In this document: in pieces, positions 24,701 to 34,261 of the stretch | Position numbering within the stretch: position 1 is the first letter of the stretch | Layout: the number at the start of each line of letters is the position of its first letter | NCBI RefSeq assembly: GCF_004010195.1 | Contig: NC_057720.1 | Coordinates: 323,636-359,102, forward strand | Length of the DNA stretch: 35,467 bases | From: Chiloscyllium plagiosum | Taxonomy: Eukaryota | Reading direction: 5' to 3' | Made by a program: the position numbers and the translations under genes | Notes under the pieces: generated by a model | Seen by the model: the letters and a program-made list of their open reading frames with translations, nothing else | Database searches by the model: none | What the model was told of the DNA's origin: nothing

Positions 24701-27700
24701 CTGAGTATCACATTTAAGTGAGACTATCAGCCTGAATATTTGGGAATAAGCTAAAATTACTGAATATTTAAACCGTTTATTTAAAGGGCCTTCCAAGTCT
24801 GACTCCTTTATAGTTGAATGTTATTGGTAACACATGTTCAAGGTTCCCTGGTCCCAGCCTATCACAGCTCATTGTGAAGATGCCTGAAGCTTTTCCTGGA
24901 AGGGGATGGATCTGCTTTCAGTTAAACAGAAGCTATTGTAATAATGTTTATACATCTCATGTCACTCTTCAAAACCTCAAGAAGCTATTTTTATTCACTC
25001 ACAGAACATGGGCATCATTGGCTGGGCAGCATTTATTGCCCGTCCCTAGTTGTCCCTTGACAAAGTGAGGCGGGTGAGCTGCCTTCTTGAACCGCTGCAG
25101 TCCATGTGCTGTAGGTAGACCCACAATGCCTTTAGGGAGGGAATTCCAGGATTTTGATCCAGTGACAATGAAAGAACGGCGATATATTTCCATATCAGGA
25201 TGGTGAGTGGCTTGGAAGGGAAGTTGCAGGGGGTGGTGTTCCCATGTACCTGCTGCCCTTGTCCTTCTAGATGGAAATGGTCATGGGTTTGGAAGGTGCT
25301 GTCTGAGGATCATTGGTGAATTTCTGCAGTATATCTTGTAGATAGTACACACTGCTGCTACTGAGTGTCGGTGGTGGAAGGAGGGGGATGTTTGTGGATG
25401 TGATGTCAATCAAGCGGCTGCTTTATCCTGGATGGTGTCAAGCTTCTTGAGTGTTGTTGGAGCTGCCCCCGTCCAGGCAAGTGGGGAGTATTCCATCACA
25501 CTCCTGACTTGTGCCTTGTAGATAGTGGGACAGACTTTGGGGAGTCAGGAGGGGAGTTTCTCGCTGCGGTGTCCCTAGCCTCTGACCTGCTCTTACAGCC
25601 ACTGTGTTTATGTGGTGAGTTCAGTTGAGTTTCTAGTCAATGATAACTTCCAGGATGTTGATAGTGGGGGATTCAGTGATGGTAACACCATTGAATATCA
25701 AGGGGCTGTGGTTAGATTATCTCTTATTGGTGATAGTCACAGCCCGGCATTTGTGTGGTGTGAATGTTATTTGCCACTTGTCAGTCTAAGCCTGGACATT
25801 GTCCAGATCCTGTTGCGTTTGAACATGGAGCTGCTTCAGTGTCTGAGGAGTTGTGAATGGAGCTGAACACTGTGCAATCGTCGGTGAACATTCCCACTTC
25901 TGACCTTATGATGGAGGGAAGGTCATTGATGAAGCAGCTGGAGATGGTTGGGCCTAGGACACTCCCCTGAGGGACTCCTGCAGAGATGTCCTGGAGCTGA
26001 GATTGACCTGGGACATGGCTATGGCCTTCTCACTATTTACATTTTACCAGCTGCATATTCTCATCGGCAGGGAGGGGCAGGAAGTGATGGAGGGAGGGGC
26101 AGGGGAGATGGAAGAAGGGGCAGGAAGTGGTGGAGGGAGGGGCAGGAAGTGATGGAGGGAGGGGCAGGGGAGATGGAAGGAGGGGCAGGAAGTGGTGGAG
26201 GGAGGGGCAGGAGGTAAATGCAGATGAGGAATTGGAAGCAGATGGAGGTGATTGTGAACATAGAAGTGCCCTGATCAGGATTAGGTGTGCGTCTGCCACA
26301 CACCAGGAAGTGTGACTCCCTTGCCCACTCCCTCTCTCCAACCCTCCCTCCCTCCCTCTCTCTGTCTGTGCCTTCCTCTCTCTCTCTCCCCCTCCCTCCG
26401 AGCTGCCTGGCTCCTGTCTCAAGACTGTATGGGAAAGGTTCCACATCACGGAAAGTGAGGAATGAGGTGTCAGCCCCTGCTCCTTCAGCTGGGATAGCAG
26501 CTAACCTGGCCATTCTGAGGATTCCTATCCCATTCAGCTCCTGTGCCTCAGGTCCACTCTCTGCAGATATACAGCACGAAGAATTAAAATTAAAGGGAAG
26601 TGAAGTTGGTAGAATTTTTACCTTTTCTCCCTTTGCTCCTTTGAGACCACGAACTCCATCAGCTCCCTGTTTAAAAATAAAATTAATCGGAGTCAGCTCC
26701 GTGAGATTGACCAACTCCCCACTGAGAATCTGGGCAGCTCCATCGTCCTCAAAGACAGACTGGAATTGGGCGTTACCTTAACTCCGCGAGGTCCTGGATA
26801 TCCGATTGGACCCTGTGGTCCTGTGGAACCCTAAAACGTTAATGTAGAAAGTGTACCATGAGCAAACAGACTCCATTCAAATGCTGACTAAGCACAAATC
26901 AATGTGGGGCTAATGGAGTGGGACTCTGGGTCCCGATCTTACCTCAGCACCCTTCTCTCCAGCTGGTCCCTCTTTACCGGGGTGGCCCTGAAGACAGACA
27001 CAAATCAAGATCATTGCTTCCCAAAGCAGGCCGGCACATCCCCCTGCTCCAGCTTCACACAGACCACCGGCTCTGTACGGTTTAAACAGGGAACTCCCTG
27101 CTGGGGTTTGACTACTCACAGACAGACAGCCTTCTCTGAGAGGGCTGAGGGAGGGGTCTCACTGAGAGAGGGTCTGTCTGTGACGAAGGGTCACACTGAA
27201 GGAGGGTCACACTGAGCGAGGGTCACACTGAGCGAGGGTCACACTGAGCGAGGGTCTGTCTGTGAGGGAGGGTCACACTGAGGGAGGGTCACACTGAGTG
27301 AGGGTCTGTCTGTGAGGGAGGGTCATACTGAGGGAGGGTCACACTGAGCGAGGGTCACACTGAGCGAGGGTCTGTCTGTGAGGGAGGGTCATACTGAGGG
27401 AGGGTCCCACTGAGCGAGGGTCTGTCTGTGAGGGAGGGTCACACTGAGGGAGGGTCTGTCTGTGAGGGAGTGTCACACTGAGCGAGGGTCACACTGAGGG
27501 AGGGTCACACTGAGCGAGGGTCTGTCTGTGAGGGAGGGTCACACTGAGGGAGGATCACACTGAGGGAGGATCACACTGAGGGAGGGTCACACTGAGGGAG
27601 GGTCACACTGAGCGAGGGTCACACTGAGCGAGGGTCTGTCTGTGATGGAGGGTCACACTAAGGGAGGGTCCCACTGAGCGAGGGTCCCACTGAGCGAGGG

Positions 27701-30597
27701 TCCCACTGAGCGAGGGTCCCACTGAGCGAGGGTCCCACTGAGTGAGGGTCACACTGAGCGAGGATCTGTCTGTGAGGGAGTATCACAATGAGAAAGGAGG
27801 CTGTGAGGGAGGAGGCTGTGTGGGAGGGTCTTGCTGAGGGAGGGTCTGTCTGTGAGGGAGGGTCTTGCTGAGGGAGGGTCTATCTGTGAGGGAGGGTCTT
27901 GCTGAAGGAGGAGGCTGTGAGGGAGGAGGCTGGTAACTTACCGGAGGTCCATCAGCTCCTGGGAGGCCTGGTAACCCAGCCTTACCCGGAGGGCCCTGGA
28001 AAACAAAAAGCAGAGAGTTTACAGCTTTCAGAGGAACATTGTTGGGTAAGACCAAGACGCTGAGTGTTACGATGTGGGAGAATTCCTGGGGCACGAGGCC
28101 ATGGTTCAGCCTTACCTTGGCTCCTGGAGGCCCAATGGTACCTTGAGGCCCAATCAGACCCTGCGAGAGACAGAGACAGAGACAGAGAAATATTTCCAAT
28201 CACTTCGGACCGGGGTTTGTTTCAAACAGTCGTTTCAGCTTCTGAGAGAGTTCACTCAGATCTGGCACTGACCCAGTTTCAATAAATCTTCACACTTCCA
28301 ATTTTTAAACAAACAAAAGGAGCCAATGGGGTTGTAGCAGCAGTCAGGACAGAGCAAGTCTTTGGGATTTCAGAGAAACCCGATCCCCTGAACAAGTTGC
28401 TGCAGGTGGTCAGCCAGATATTCCAAAATATTCCAATATATTCCTGGTATTCCAAAACTACTGAGATTATCAACCTCTCCTCCCTGNNNNNNNNNNNNNN
28501 NNNNNNNNNNNNNNNNNNNNNNNNNNNNNNNNNNNNNNNNNNNNNNNNNNNNNNNNNNNNNNNNNNNNNNNNNNNNNNNNNNNNNNNNNNNNNNNNNNNN
28601 NNNNNNNNNNNNNNNNNNNNNNNNNNNNNNNNNNNNNNNNNNNNNNNNNNNNNNNNNNNNNNNNNNNNNNNNNNNNNNNNNNNNNNNNNNNNNNNNNNNN
28701 NNNNNNNNNNNNNNNNNNNNNNNNNNNNNNNNNNNNNNNNNNNNNNNNNNNNNNNNNNNNNNNNNNNNNNNNNNNNNNNNNNNNNNNNNNNNNNNNNNNN
28801 NNNNNNNNNNNNNNNNNNNNNNNNNNNNNNNNNNNNNNNNNNNNNNNNNNNNNNNNNNNNNNNNNNNNNNNNNNNNNNNNNNNNNNNNNNNNNNNNNNNN
28901 NNNNNNNNNNNNNNNNNNNNNNNNNNNNNNNNNNNNNNNNNNNNNNNNNNNNNNNNNNNNNNNNNNNNNNNNNNNNNNNNNNNNNNNNNNNNNNNNNNNN
29001 NNNNNNNNNNNAGTGTGTGTGAGAGAAAGTGTGTGTGTGTGAGAGAGAGAGTGCGTGTGTGAGAGAGAAAGAGTGCGAGAGTGGGAGTGTATGAGAGAGA
29101 GTGTAAGAGTGTGTGTGAGGGAGGGAAAAAGTGTGAGAGTGAGAGAGATGGAATGAGAATGACAGTGAGACAGGACAGAGGGGTGGGGGGAGAGAGAGAG
29201 AGAGATGGAGGAGAGAGAAAGTGAGTGCCAGAAATGAAACCACAAGAAAATCTGAACATAGCAAATGTCCAAATCAAGTTAAGTCACAATTTCATCAAAC
29301 ACTCACAGAGTAAACACTCACCCCACACGCTCATTTTATCCTACACACACACACTCACACAATCAGTCTCTGACTGACACATTTTCATATACCCAGGCAC
29401 ACTCACACTCTCACAGTCATACTCACTCACACACAGTCACACTTACACACACTGTTACACTCATTCACAGCCAGTCACATATACACAGTCACATTCACAC
29501 TCATAGACAGTTATAGCCACACTTTCTCACACACATTTTCATACACTCTCACACTCAATCTCGCTACTCACACACTGTCACACAGTGATACTCACACTCT
29601 CATAATCACACTCAGTCACACTCTCACTCTCTCATGGACACCAAGTCACAGTTATACTCTTCCACACACACTTTCTCACACATCCAGCCACAGTCTCACA
29701 CTGTCACACTCACACTCACCCAGTCATATTCACACTCTCACACTCACTTGCACACAATTACTCTTTCACACTCACATCAGATCATATTCATACCCAATCA
29801 CACTCTCTCTCTCACACCCAATCACATTCACCCAAACAAAAGCTCTCACACACATGCTCTCACACAGAGATGTACTCTCACAGTATTACACACTATTACT
29901 TTCAATACCTGCCTGTCACTCACTCTCTTGCACGAACGTGCACTCTTATACACACGCTCACACACACTCACTCACATAGTGACACACAGATATTGACTAA
30001 ATTCCTGTCAACTGTTGGATATTCCCTCACCATGTTTCCTTTGGAACCTTGAGGCCCATCCAAACCAGTAGGACCCTGAAAAAGGGGAAAATATTAAAAA
30101 CTATCTTTAAATGAACAAATATTTATTGTGTTCTAGAAACTTCCCCACTCTATTGTTAGCGACTCAGAGCTTTCACAAAAGGAATTGTTTGACATTCAAA
30201 GGGAAGAATTGGTTTTCTTAAATCAATAAATCCTCCAGCAGAGGCCATTCAGCCCTCCAATCCTGTACAAGCTCCTTGAACAATCTTTCCAGTTAGACTC
30301 ACCTCCCCATTGGCCTGCAATTCCCCCCATTCCCCCCCCCCCCCGGTTCCTGTGTGAAAGTTCTGATGGAATCTGCTCCCACCGCCCTTTCAGGCAGCAC
30401 CTTCCAGACCCCAACAACTCACTGTGTACAACAATCCCCCTCCCCTCTCCCCCTGCCCCAGACACATTAAACTAGTTCATTATGAAAATATAGAACAAAA
30501 CAAATGAAAAGAGGAATGTTTGAAAGGAGCTGATCGGACGTACGGGTTGTCCAGGGGGTCCTGGAGATCCTCGGGGTCCAAGAAGTCCTCTTGGCCC
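718..30597 (-). CDS. COL11A1-like: Clade-B fibrillar collagen, collagen alpha-1(XI)-like (COL11A1/COL5A3/COL5A1/COL11A2 group); internal triple-helix exons only, gene extends beyond both window ends
   Basis: Eleven 45/54/108-nt phase-0 exons with AG..GT splice to [33 protein letters not shown]|[missing]|[171 protein letters not shown]. This is collinear with type V/XI alpha chains as I recall them (roughly COL11A1 exons 21-32). The exact paralogue is uncertain. Confidence 0.93.
1030..1840 (+). mobile_element. Degenerate CR1-type LINE 3' fragment interrupted by a Rex1/Babar fragment
   Basis: Degenerate [23 protein letters not shown]-like CR1 3' sequence resumes at about 1700 and ends gggctgaatggcc..cctgtgct; related copies at 14070-14210 and 30360-30460 (minus). 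Confidence 0.7.
1351..1697 (+). mobile_element. Rex1/Babar-like LINE 3' fragment
   Basis: Frameshifted [20 protein letters not shown]...RFKN.FFP resembles the Rex1/Babar RT C-terminus; A-rich tail. Confidence 0.7.
2891..3741 (-). mobile_element. Penelope-like element fragment (RT C-terminal part plus pLTR) with inverted terminal segment; spans an N-gap
   Basis: [21 protein letters not shown] is a PLE RT motif; 2895-2968 is the reverse complement of 3625-3698; AAGATAAAG is duplicated at 2882-2890 and 3742-3750. Confidence 0.85.
2951..2980 (-). ncRNA. Minimal type I hammerhead ribozyme motif (PLE pLTR), intact core
   Basis: CUGAAGA-A-GGGC-UUAU-GCCC-GAAA-CG-UC; ACGU palindrome in place of the helix III loop, as in PLE minimal hammerheads. 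Confidence 0.75.
3884..4082. mobile_element. Short fold-back element derived from a PLE pLTR (family C)
   Basis: 3884-3943 is the inverted complement of about 3997-4056 (cagaaattgctggagaaactcagcag / ctgctgagtttctccagcaatttctg). Confidence 0.7.
4083..4396 (-). mobile_element. HE1-type tRNA-derived V-SINE, full length
   Basis: A box TGGCACAGTGG, B box GGTTCAATTCC, V-domain gtttgcacattctccccgtgtctgcgtgggtttcctccgggtgctccggtttcctcccacagtcc, (TCTAA)n tail. Confidence 0.92.
4986..5319. repeat. 44-bp minisatellite, about 7.6 copies, inside the CR1 RT region
   Basis: Unit GGGATAGTCAGCACGGCTTTGTGTGGGGTTAGCATGGTTTATTA starting at 4986, 5030, 5074 ... 5294. Confidence 0.95.
6745..6940. mobile_element. 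Short fold-back PLE family-A element with a mutated hammerhead (GAAA to AAAA)
   Basis: 6750-6803 is inverted relative to 6842-6893; ctgatgaagggcttttgcccaaaacgtc at 6812-6839. Confidence 0.8.
7134..7165 (+). ncRNA. Minimal hammerhead ribozyme motif (PLE family B)
   Basis: CUGAUGA-A-AGAGC-AGC-GCUCU-GAAA-GC-UA-GUG. Confidence 0.65.
7198..8062 (-). mobile_element. CR1 3' fragment of a second family with (CTCTATGA)n tail; spans an N-gap
   Basis: [26 protein letters not shown] and [10 protein letters not shown]; nearly identical to 9120-9632. Confidence 0.88.
7509..7728 (+). mobile_element. HE1-type V-SINE, truncated by an assembly gap
   Basis: A and B boxes plus V-domain, almost identical to the copy at 4083-4396 but on the opposite strand. 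Confidence 0.9.
9120..9632 (-). mobile_element. Young 5'-truncated CR1 3' fragment
   Basis: Open 139-aa frame [41 protein letters not shown] with (CTCTATGA) tail. Confidence 0.92.
11293..12620 (-). mobile_element. Penelope-like element RT fragment, with an oppositely oriented 3'-UTR-like piece at about 12470-12620
   Basis: [25 protein letters not shown] and [17 protein letters not shown] are PLE RT motifs. Confidence 0.88.
11730..12012 (-). mobile_element. HE1-type SINE with (TCTAA)n tail, inserted in the PLE fragment
   Basis: (TTAGA)n tail on plus strand, V-domain core, internal deletion. Confidence 0.85.
13066..13119 (-). CDS. Collagen exon, 54 nt, [18 protein letters not shown]
   Basis: Acceptor ttcttttccAG, donor GTAAGA; matches the conserved clade-B peptide as recalled. 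Confidence 0.96.
13740..13847 (-). CDS. Collagen exon, 108 nt, [36 protein letters not shown]
   Basis: Acceptor ctctgccacAG, donor GTCAGT; 36 codons of Gly-X-Y. Confidence 0.96.
14672..14725 (-). CDS. Collagen exon, 54 nt, [18 protein letters not shown]
   Basis: Acceptor tctcttttcAG, donor [17 protein letters not shown] is typical of type V/XI chains. Confidence 0.96.
16230..16992. mobile_element. CR1 insertion with an inverted 5' part (minus 16230-16755, plus 16768-16992)
   Basis: Minus part encodes [26 protein letters not shown]; plus part is the downstream 3' end with CTCTATGA tail. Confidence 0.8.
17415..17850 (-). mobile_element. Old CR1-type 3' fragment
   Basis: ataggccaatcagcccatcgagcc 3'-end motif, aagaattccacagatt, gaggtcacctctc. 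Confidence 0.65.
17972..18210. mobile_element. Degenerate fold-back PLE family-C remnant
   Basis: 17974-18012 is inverted relative to 18085-18121; the tail matches the 3984-4080 element. Confidence 0.55.
22235..22400 (+). mobile_element. PLE family-A pLTR fragment inserted in the CR1 3' end
   Basis: Matches 6808-6940 and 24045-24173. Confidence 0.8.
22277..22306 (+). ncRNA. Minimal hammerhead ribozyme motif, intact core
   Basis: CUGAUGA-A-GGGC-UUUU-GCCC-GAAA-CG-UC-GA. Confidence 0.75.
22500..23210 (-). mobile_element. Decayed CR1 3' fragment, tail-to-tail with the plus-strand CR1
   Basis: [15 protein letters not shown] sequence and [20 protein letters not shown]. Confidence 0.85.
23255..23700 (-). 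mobile_element. Ancient L2-like LINE fragment
   Basis: [13 protein letters not shown] resembles the L2 C-terminal ITPVL..LHWLP..I.FK motif; highly decayed. Confidence 0.5.
23870..24335 (-). mobile_element. CR1 3' fragment hosting a fold-back PLE insertion
   Basis: cggcccatatccctctaaaccttcctattc..caccctctgtgtgaaaa..ccctctagttttggact, homologous to 9120-9420. Confidence 0.8.
23995..24173. mobile_element. 179-bp fold-back PLE family-A element with 16-bp TSD and head-to-head hammerhead motifs
   Basis: TSD CCTATTCATATACCTA at 23979-23994 and 24174-24189; 23995-24036 is inverted relative to 24048-24089; intact core on minus (24007-24036), mutated core on plus. Confidence 0.88.
24465..24685 (+). 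mobile_element. Degenerate HE1-type SINE
   Basis: B box GGTTCGATCCC, cccacagtccaaagatgtgcaggttagg, 3' tgggctgaatgacc..cacactgt. Confidence 0.8.
24985..26005 (-). mobile_element. Non-LTR retrotransposon 3' portion (CR1/L2-superclade family distinct from the other CR1s; exact clade not assigned)
   Basis: Minus strand reads [69 protein letters not shown]. Confidence 0.85.
26066..26215. repeat. G/A-rich degenerate tandem repeat (GGAGGGGCAGG core, about 20/61-bp periodicity)
   Basis: Repeated gggaggggcaggaagtgatgga / ggggcaggggagatggaa. Confidence 0.85.
26622..26666 (-). CDS. Collagen exon, 45 nt, [15 protein letters not shown]
   Basis: Acceptor ttttaaacAG, donor GTAAAA. Confidence 0.95.
26777..26830 (-). 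CDS. Collagen exon, 54 nt, [18 protein letters not shown]
   Basis: Acceptor gttttAG, donor GTAACG; not captured by the ORF track. Confidence 0.95.
26943..26987 (-). CDS. Collagen exon, 45 nt, [15 protein letters not shown]
   Basis: Acceptor tgtcttcAG, donor GTAAGA. Confidence 0.95.
27150..27932. repeat. Compound minisatellite of interspersed 16-bp (GAGGGTCACACTGAGC) and 18-bp (GAGGGTCTGTCTGTGAGG) units
   Basis: Directly visible; fills most of the 954-bp intron. Confidence 0.95.
27942..27995 (-). CDS. Collagen exon, 54 nt, [18 protein letters not shown]
   Basis: Acceptor ttttccAG, donor GTAAGT. Confidence 0.95.
28116..28160 (-). CDS. Collagen exon, 45 nt, [15 protein letters not shown]
   Basis: Acceptor tctctcgcAG, donor GTAAGG. 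Confidence 0.95.
29012..29990. repeat. Low-complexity dinucleotide tracts: GT/GA-rich (29012-29226) then CA/CT-rich (29300-29990)
   Basis: Base composition; flanks the N-gap. Confidence 0.9.
30031..30075 (-). CDS. Collagen exon, 45 nt, [15 protein letters not shown]
   Basis: Acceptor ttttcccctttttcAG, donor GTGAGG; Gly-X-Y. Confidence 0.95.
30544..30597 (-). CDS. Collagen V/XI-type exon, 54 nt, [18 protein letters not shown]
   Basis: Acceptor (CT)n-GTAG, donor GTACGT; 18 codons of Gly-X-Y. Confidence 0.95.
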
Positions 30598-31453
30598 CTA
30601 CAGAGAGAGAGAGAGAGAGAGGGAGGATCCCAGTCAGTGACAACAGTAATTCTCCATTAAGACGATGAGGTTAGACAGCAATTAAAACAGTGTTAGTTTC
30701 AGGATGGACCATCATAGCACAGGAGGCCATTCAGCCCACTGAGTCTCTACCTTGCAGTTAGTCCCATTTGTAACAACAGAAAAAATAAGGAACTGCCACA
30801 GACCATTCAGCCCATCAATCCTGCCTCACCATTCAACACAAGAAACAAAGAACAGTACAGGCCCTTCGGCCCATCAAGATTGCACTGACACATTATGCCT
30901 TTCTAAACTAAAAACCCTTTGCCTCTACAAAATCCATATTCCCTGCTGATTCATGTATCTCTCAAGATGCCTCTTAAACAATGCTTTTGTATCCATCTCC
31001 ACCATCTCCTCTGGAAGCACATTCCAGGGACTTACCACCCTCTGTGTAAAAAACCTGCCTCTCGCATCTCCTTTCAACTTACTCCCCCCTTTACCTTAAA
31101 CATATGTCCCTAGTAACTGATATTTCTATCCTGAGAGAAAGACTGACTATCCATTCTATCCATGCCTCCCAATTTTGTAAACGTTTACTGGGTCACCTCT
31201 CAGACTCTGATGTTCAAGTGAAAATCAACCTTACCTCAGTGCAAATACCCTCCAAACCAGGCAATATCCTGGTCAACTGTTTCTGTATCTTCTCCAAAGC
31301 CTTCACATCCTTCTGGTAGTGCGGCAGCCAGAATGTCACACAGTATTCCAAATGTGGCCTGACTAAAGTTCTATTCAGTTGCAATATGACTTTCCAATAT
31401 GTTTATACCCTCTGTCCCAAACGTTGAAGGCAAGCATGCTATACATCTTCTTG

Positions 31454-31623
31454 ATGTGGAGAAGCTGGTGTTGCACTGGGGTGGACAAAGTTAAAAATCA
31501 CACAACACCAGGCTATAGACCAACAGGTTTATTTGGAAGCACTAGCTTTTGGAGCACTCCGAAAGCATATACTATCAAATAAACCTGTTGGACTATAACC
31601 TGGTGTTGTAGGATTTTTAACCT
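31454..31623. mobile_element. Short fold-back PLE family-B element centred on a hammerhead stem-II remnant
   Basis: 31489-31550 is inverted relative to 31557-31621 around GGAG-CA-CTCC-GAAAGC; probable TSD TATACATCTTCTTG / TATATGTCTTCTTG. Confidence 0.8.
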
Positions 31624-33039
31624 TATATGTCTTCTTGCCCACCTTATCCACTTATGTTGCCTCTTTCATGGATCTGTGGACCTGTACACCAAGATTTCTC
31701 CATATGTTGATACTGCCATTTACCGTATACATCCTTCCTGCATTAGACTTTCCAAAATGCATCACCTCACATTTGTCCTGATTAAACTCCATTGGCCATT
31801 TCTTTGCCCAAGTTTTCAGCCATTCTGTATCCTGCTGTATCCTCTAGCAATCCTCCTCACTACCCACAGCCCTTCCACAAACTTTGTGTCATCTGCAAAC
31901 TTATTAATCAGGTCACCTACATTCTCCTTCATTTATATATATTACAAACAGAGCTGCTATAGCACTCATCCTTGCAGAATGTCACTGGTCACAGATCTCC
32001 AGTCAGAAAAATACCCTTCCATCGCTCCTGCCTGCCTTCTGTGATTAAATCAGTTTTGTATCTATCTTATGTGCTCACTGCAAATTCAATGTGACTTCAC
32101 CTTTTGTACCAGCCTATCATGGAGGTACCTTGCTAAAGCCCATATTGATTCCATCCACTGCCCTGCCCTCATCAGTCATCTCTGTCACTTGAGTTTGTGA
32201 GGCATGACCTTCCCTGCACAATGTCTTTCTGCCTATCACTAAAGACTCCATACTTTTGCAAATGTGAGTATTCTGTCCCTATGAATCTTCTGTAATTTCT
32301 CTACCACTGACATAAGGCTCACCAGTCAGTAATTTCCCAGATTGCCTGTTTTGCCCTTCTTAAACTCAGGAACAACATTGATTATTCTCTAGACCTCTGA
32401 GGCCACTCCTGTGATAAAAGAGGACGCAAGTATTTCATACAAGGCCCCAACAATTTCCTTGCCTCCCTCAGCATTCTGGGATAGATCCCATCAGGCCCTA
32501 GGGACTCGTCTACCTTAATGCTTTTCAAAATACCCAACACTTCCTCCTGACATACTCCAGAATATCAACATACCCGGCTTTAGACTCACCATCCACCATG
32601 TCCCTCTCCTTGGTGAATACCGATATAAAATATTAATTAAGGACACCACCCACGTCAGCCGGCTGTGTGCAATAAATTCCTTACTTTGTCCTTGAGTGGA
32701 CCTACACTTTCCCTAGCTACTCTCTGGCTCCTTTTATACATATAAAATGCCTTGGGATTTTCCCCTTCCAGTCTTTCTCATTCCTTGTTTAAGTTCTTCC
32801 CTATTTTCTTTATATTCTTTAAAGGCTCTGTCTGTCTTCAGTTTCCTGAACCTTACATATGCCTCCTTTCTCTTTTTAACTGAGGTTTCAATTTCTTTTG
32901 TCATTCAAGGTTCCTAAATCTTGCCATTCTTATCATCCACTTTCACAGGAACATGCTGGTCCTGAACTCAAACAACTGGCCTTAAAAAGACTCCCACATG
33001 ACAGTTATGGATTTATCCTCAAACAGCTGCTCTGCCCAG

Positions 33040-33250
33040 GAAACTACAGGAGGTGGTGGGCACAGCCCAGACCATGACCTTCCATCCATGGACTCCATTT
33101 ACACGGCTCACTACCACAGAAAGGCTTCCAACATCATCAAAGACCTCTCCCACCCCAGGAACGATCTCCCACAGTCTCTTCAATCAGGCAGAAGATACTG
33201 AATCTTGAACACCAGCACCAGCAGGTTCAGGAACAGCCTCTCCCACACTG
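33040..33250 (+). mobile_element. Rex1/Babar-like fragment
   Basis: LPSMDSIYT....KASNIIKDLSHP..LQSGRRY..RFRNS. Confidence 0.7.
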
Positions 33251-33342
33251 CGGCAGAATTTGAATCTAGGTTCCCAACACATTACCTGGGTCCCTGGATT
33301 AACAGGCCACAATAATACCATTAGGGCCAAAACCTCCCCTTG
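33250..33342 (-). mobile_element. Possible tRNA-derived SINE head
   Basis: A-box-like TGGCCCTAATGG and B-box-like AGATTCAAATTC on the minus strand. Confidence 0.4.
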
Positions 33343-34261
33343 ACATATTGTTACAAAACACCATCCTGAACCATACTGAACAAATTCTCCTCCATCCAAG
33401 TTTCTGGTGATAAGGGAGTCCCAGGTAATGTCAGGGAAATTAAAACCACTCACCATAATAATCCTGTTGTTTCCATATTTTTCCATAATCTGTCCGTATA
33501 TCCGTTCCTCTCTCACCCGCTGGCTGTTGGGAAGCCTGTGGTACAATCCCATCAAAGTGATAGCACCCTTCCTATTCCCCTGCTGCACCCATATGGCCTT
33601 GCTGGGAGAGCCCTCCAAGGTGTCCTCCCTCAGTACAGCTGGGATATTCTCCCACTCCCCCACCTCCTTTACAGCCCTCTCTATCTCGCCTGAAACATTT
33701 AAATCCCAGAATGTTAAGCTGCCAGTCTTGTGTCTCTCTCAACCATGTCTCTGTGACGCTGCAACACCAGAGTAATATATATTAATTCAAGCTCTAAGTA
33801 CCTTACCTAGTATACTCATCACATTAAAACAAATATACTTCAGCCTGCTGGTGTGCTGTGTTCAGGAACCTCCCCTGTCTGTTCTTCCTCTTAATCGTAC
33901 TGCCCTTAACCTTAGGCTCTTTCTGGGTCATTTCACTTGCTGACCTACCTCACTGGATCCCACCCCCCTGCCACACTAGTGTAAACCCTCCTGAATGGCA
34001 CTGGTAAACCTCCCTGCCAGGATATTGCCCTCCAGTTTAGGTGCAACCCATCCTCCCTGTTCATGTTCCATCTGCCCCAGAAAACATTCCAGTGATCCAC
34101 ACACCTGAAAGCCTCCCTCCTACACCAGCTCTTTAGCCACATATTTAACTGTACTATCTTCCTGATCTCACTGGCACTTGGCACAGGAAGTAATCCTGAG
34201 GTTACAACCCCAGAGCTCCTGCTTTTCAATTTCTTACCTAATCCCCTGAACTCCCTGGGAA

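Noticed and set aside
26061..26781. 217-aa and 164-aa ORFs
   Set aside because: They are read-through of one collagen exon into intron and low-complexity repeat, or its antisense frame.
28279..29277. Long ORFs of 221-332 aa
   Set aside because: They are artefacts of reading through N-gaps and dinucleotide repeats. The same applies to 2977-3525 and 7542-8087.
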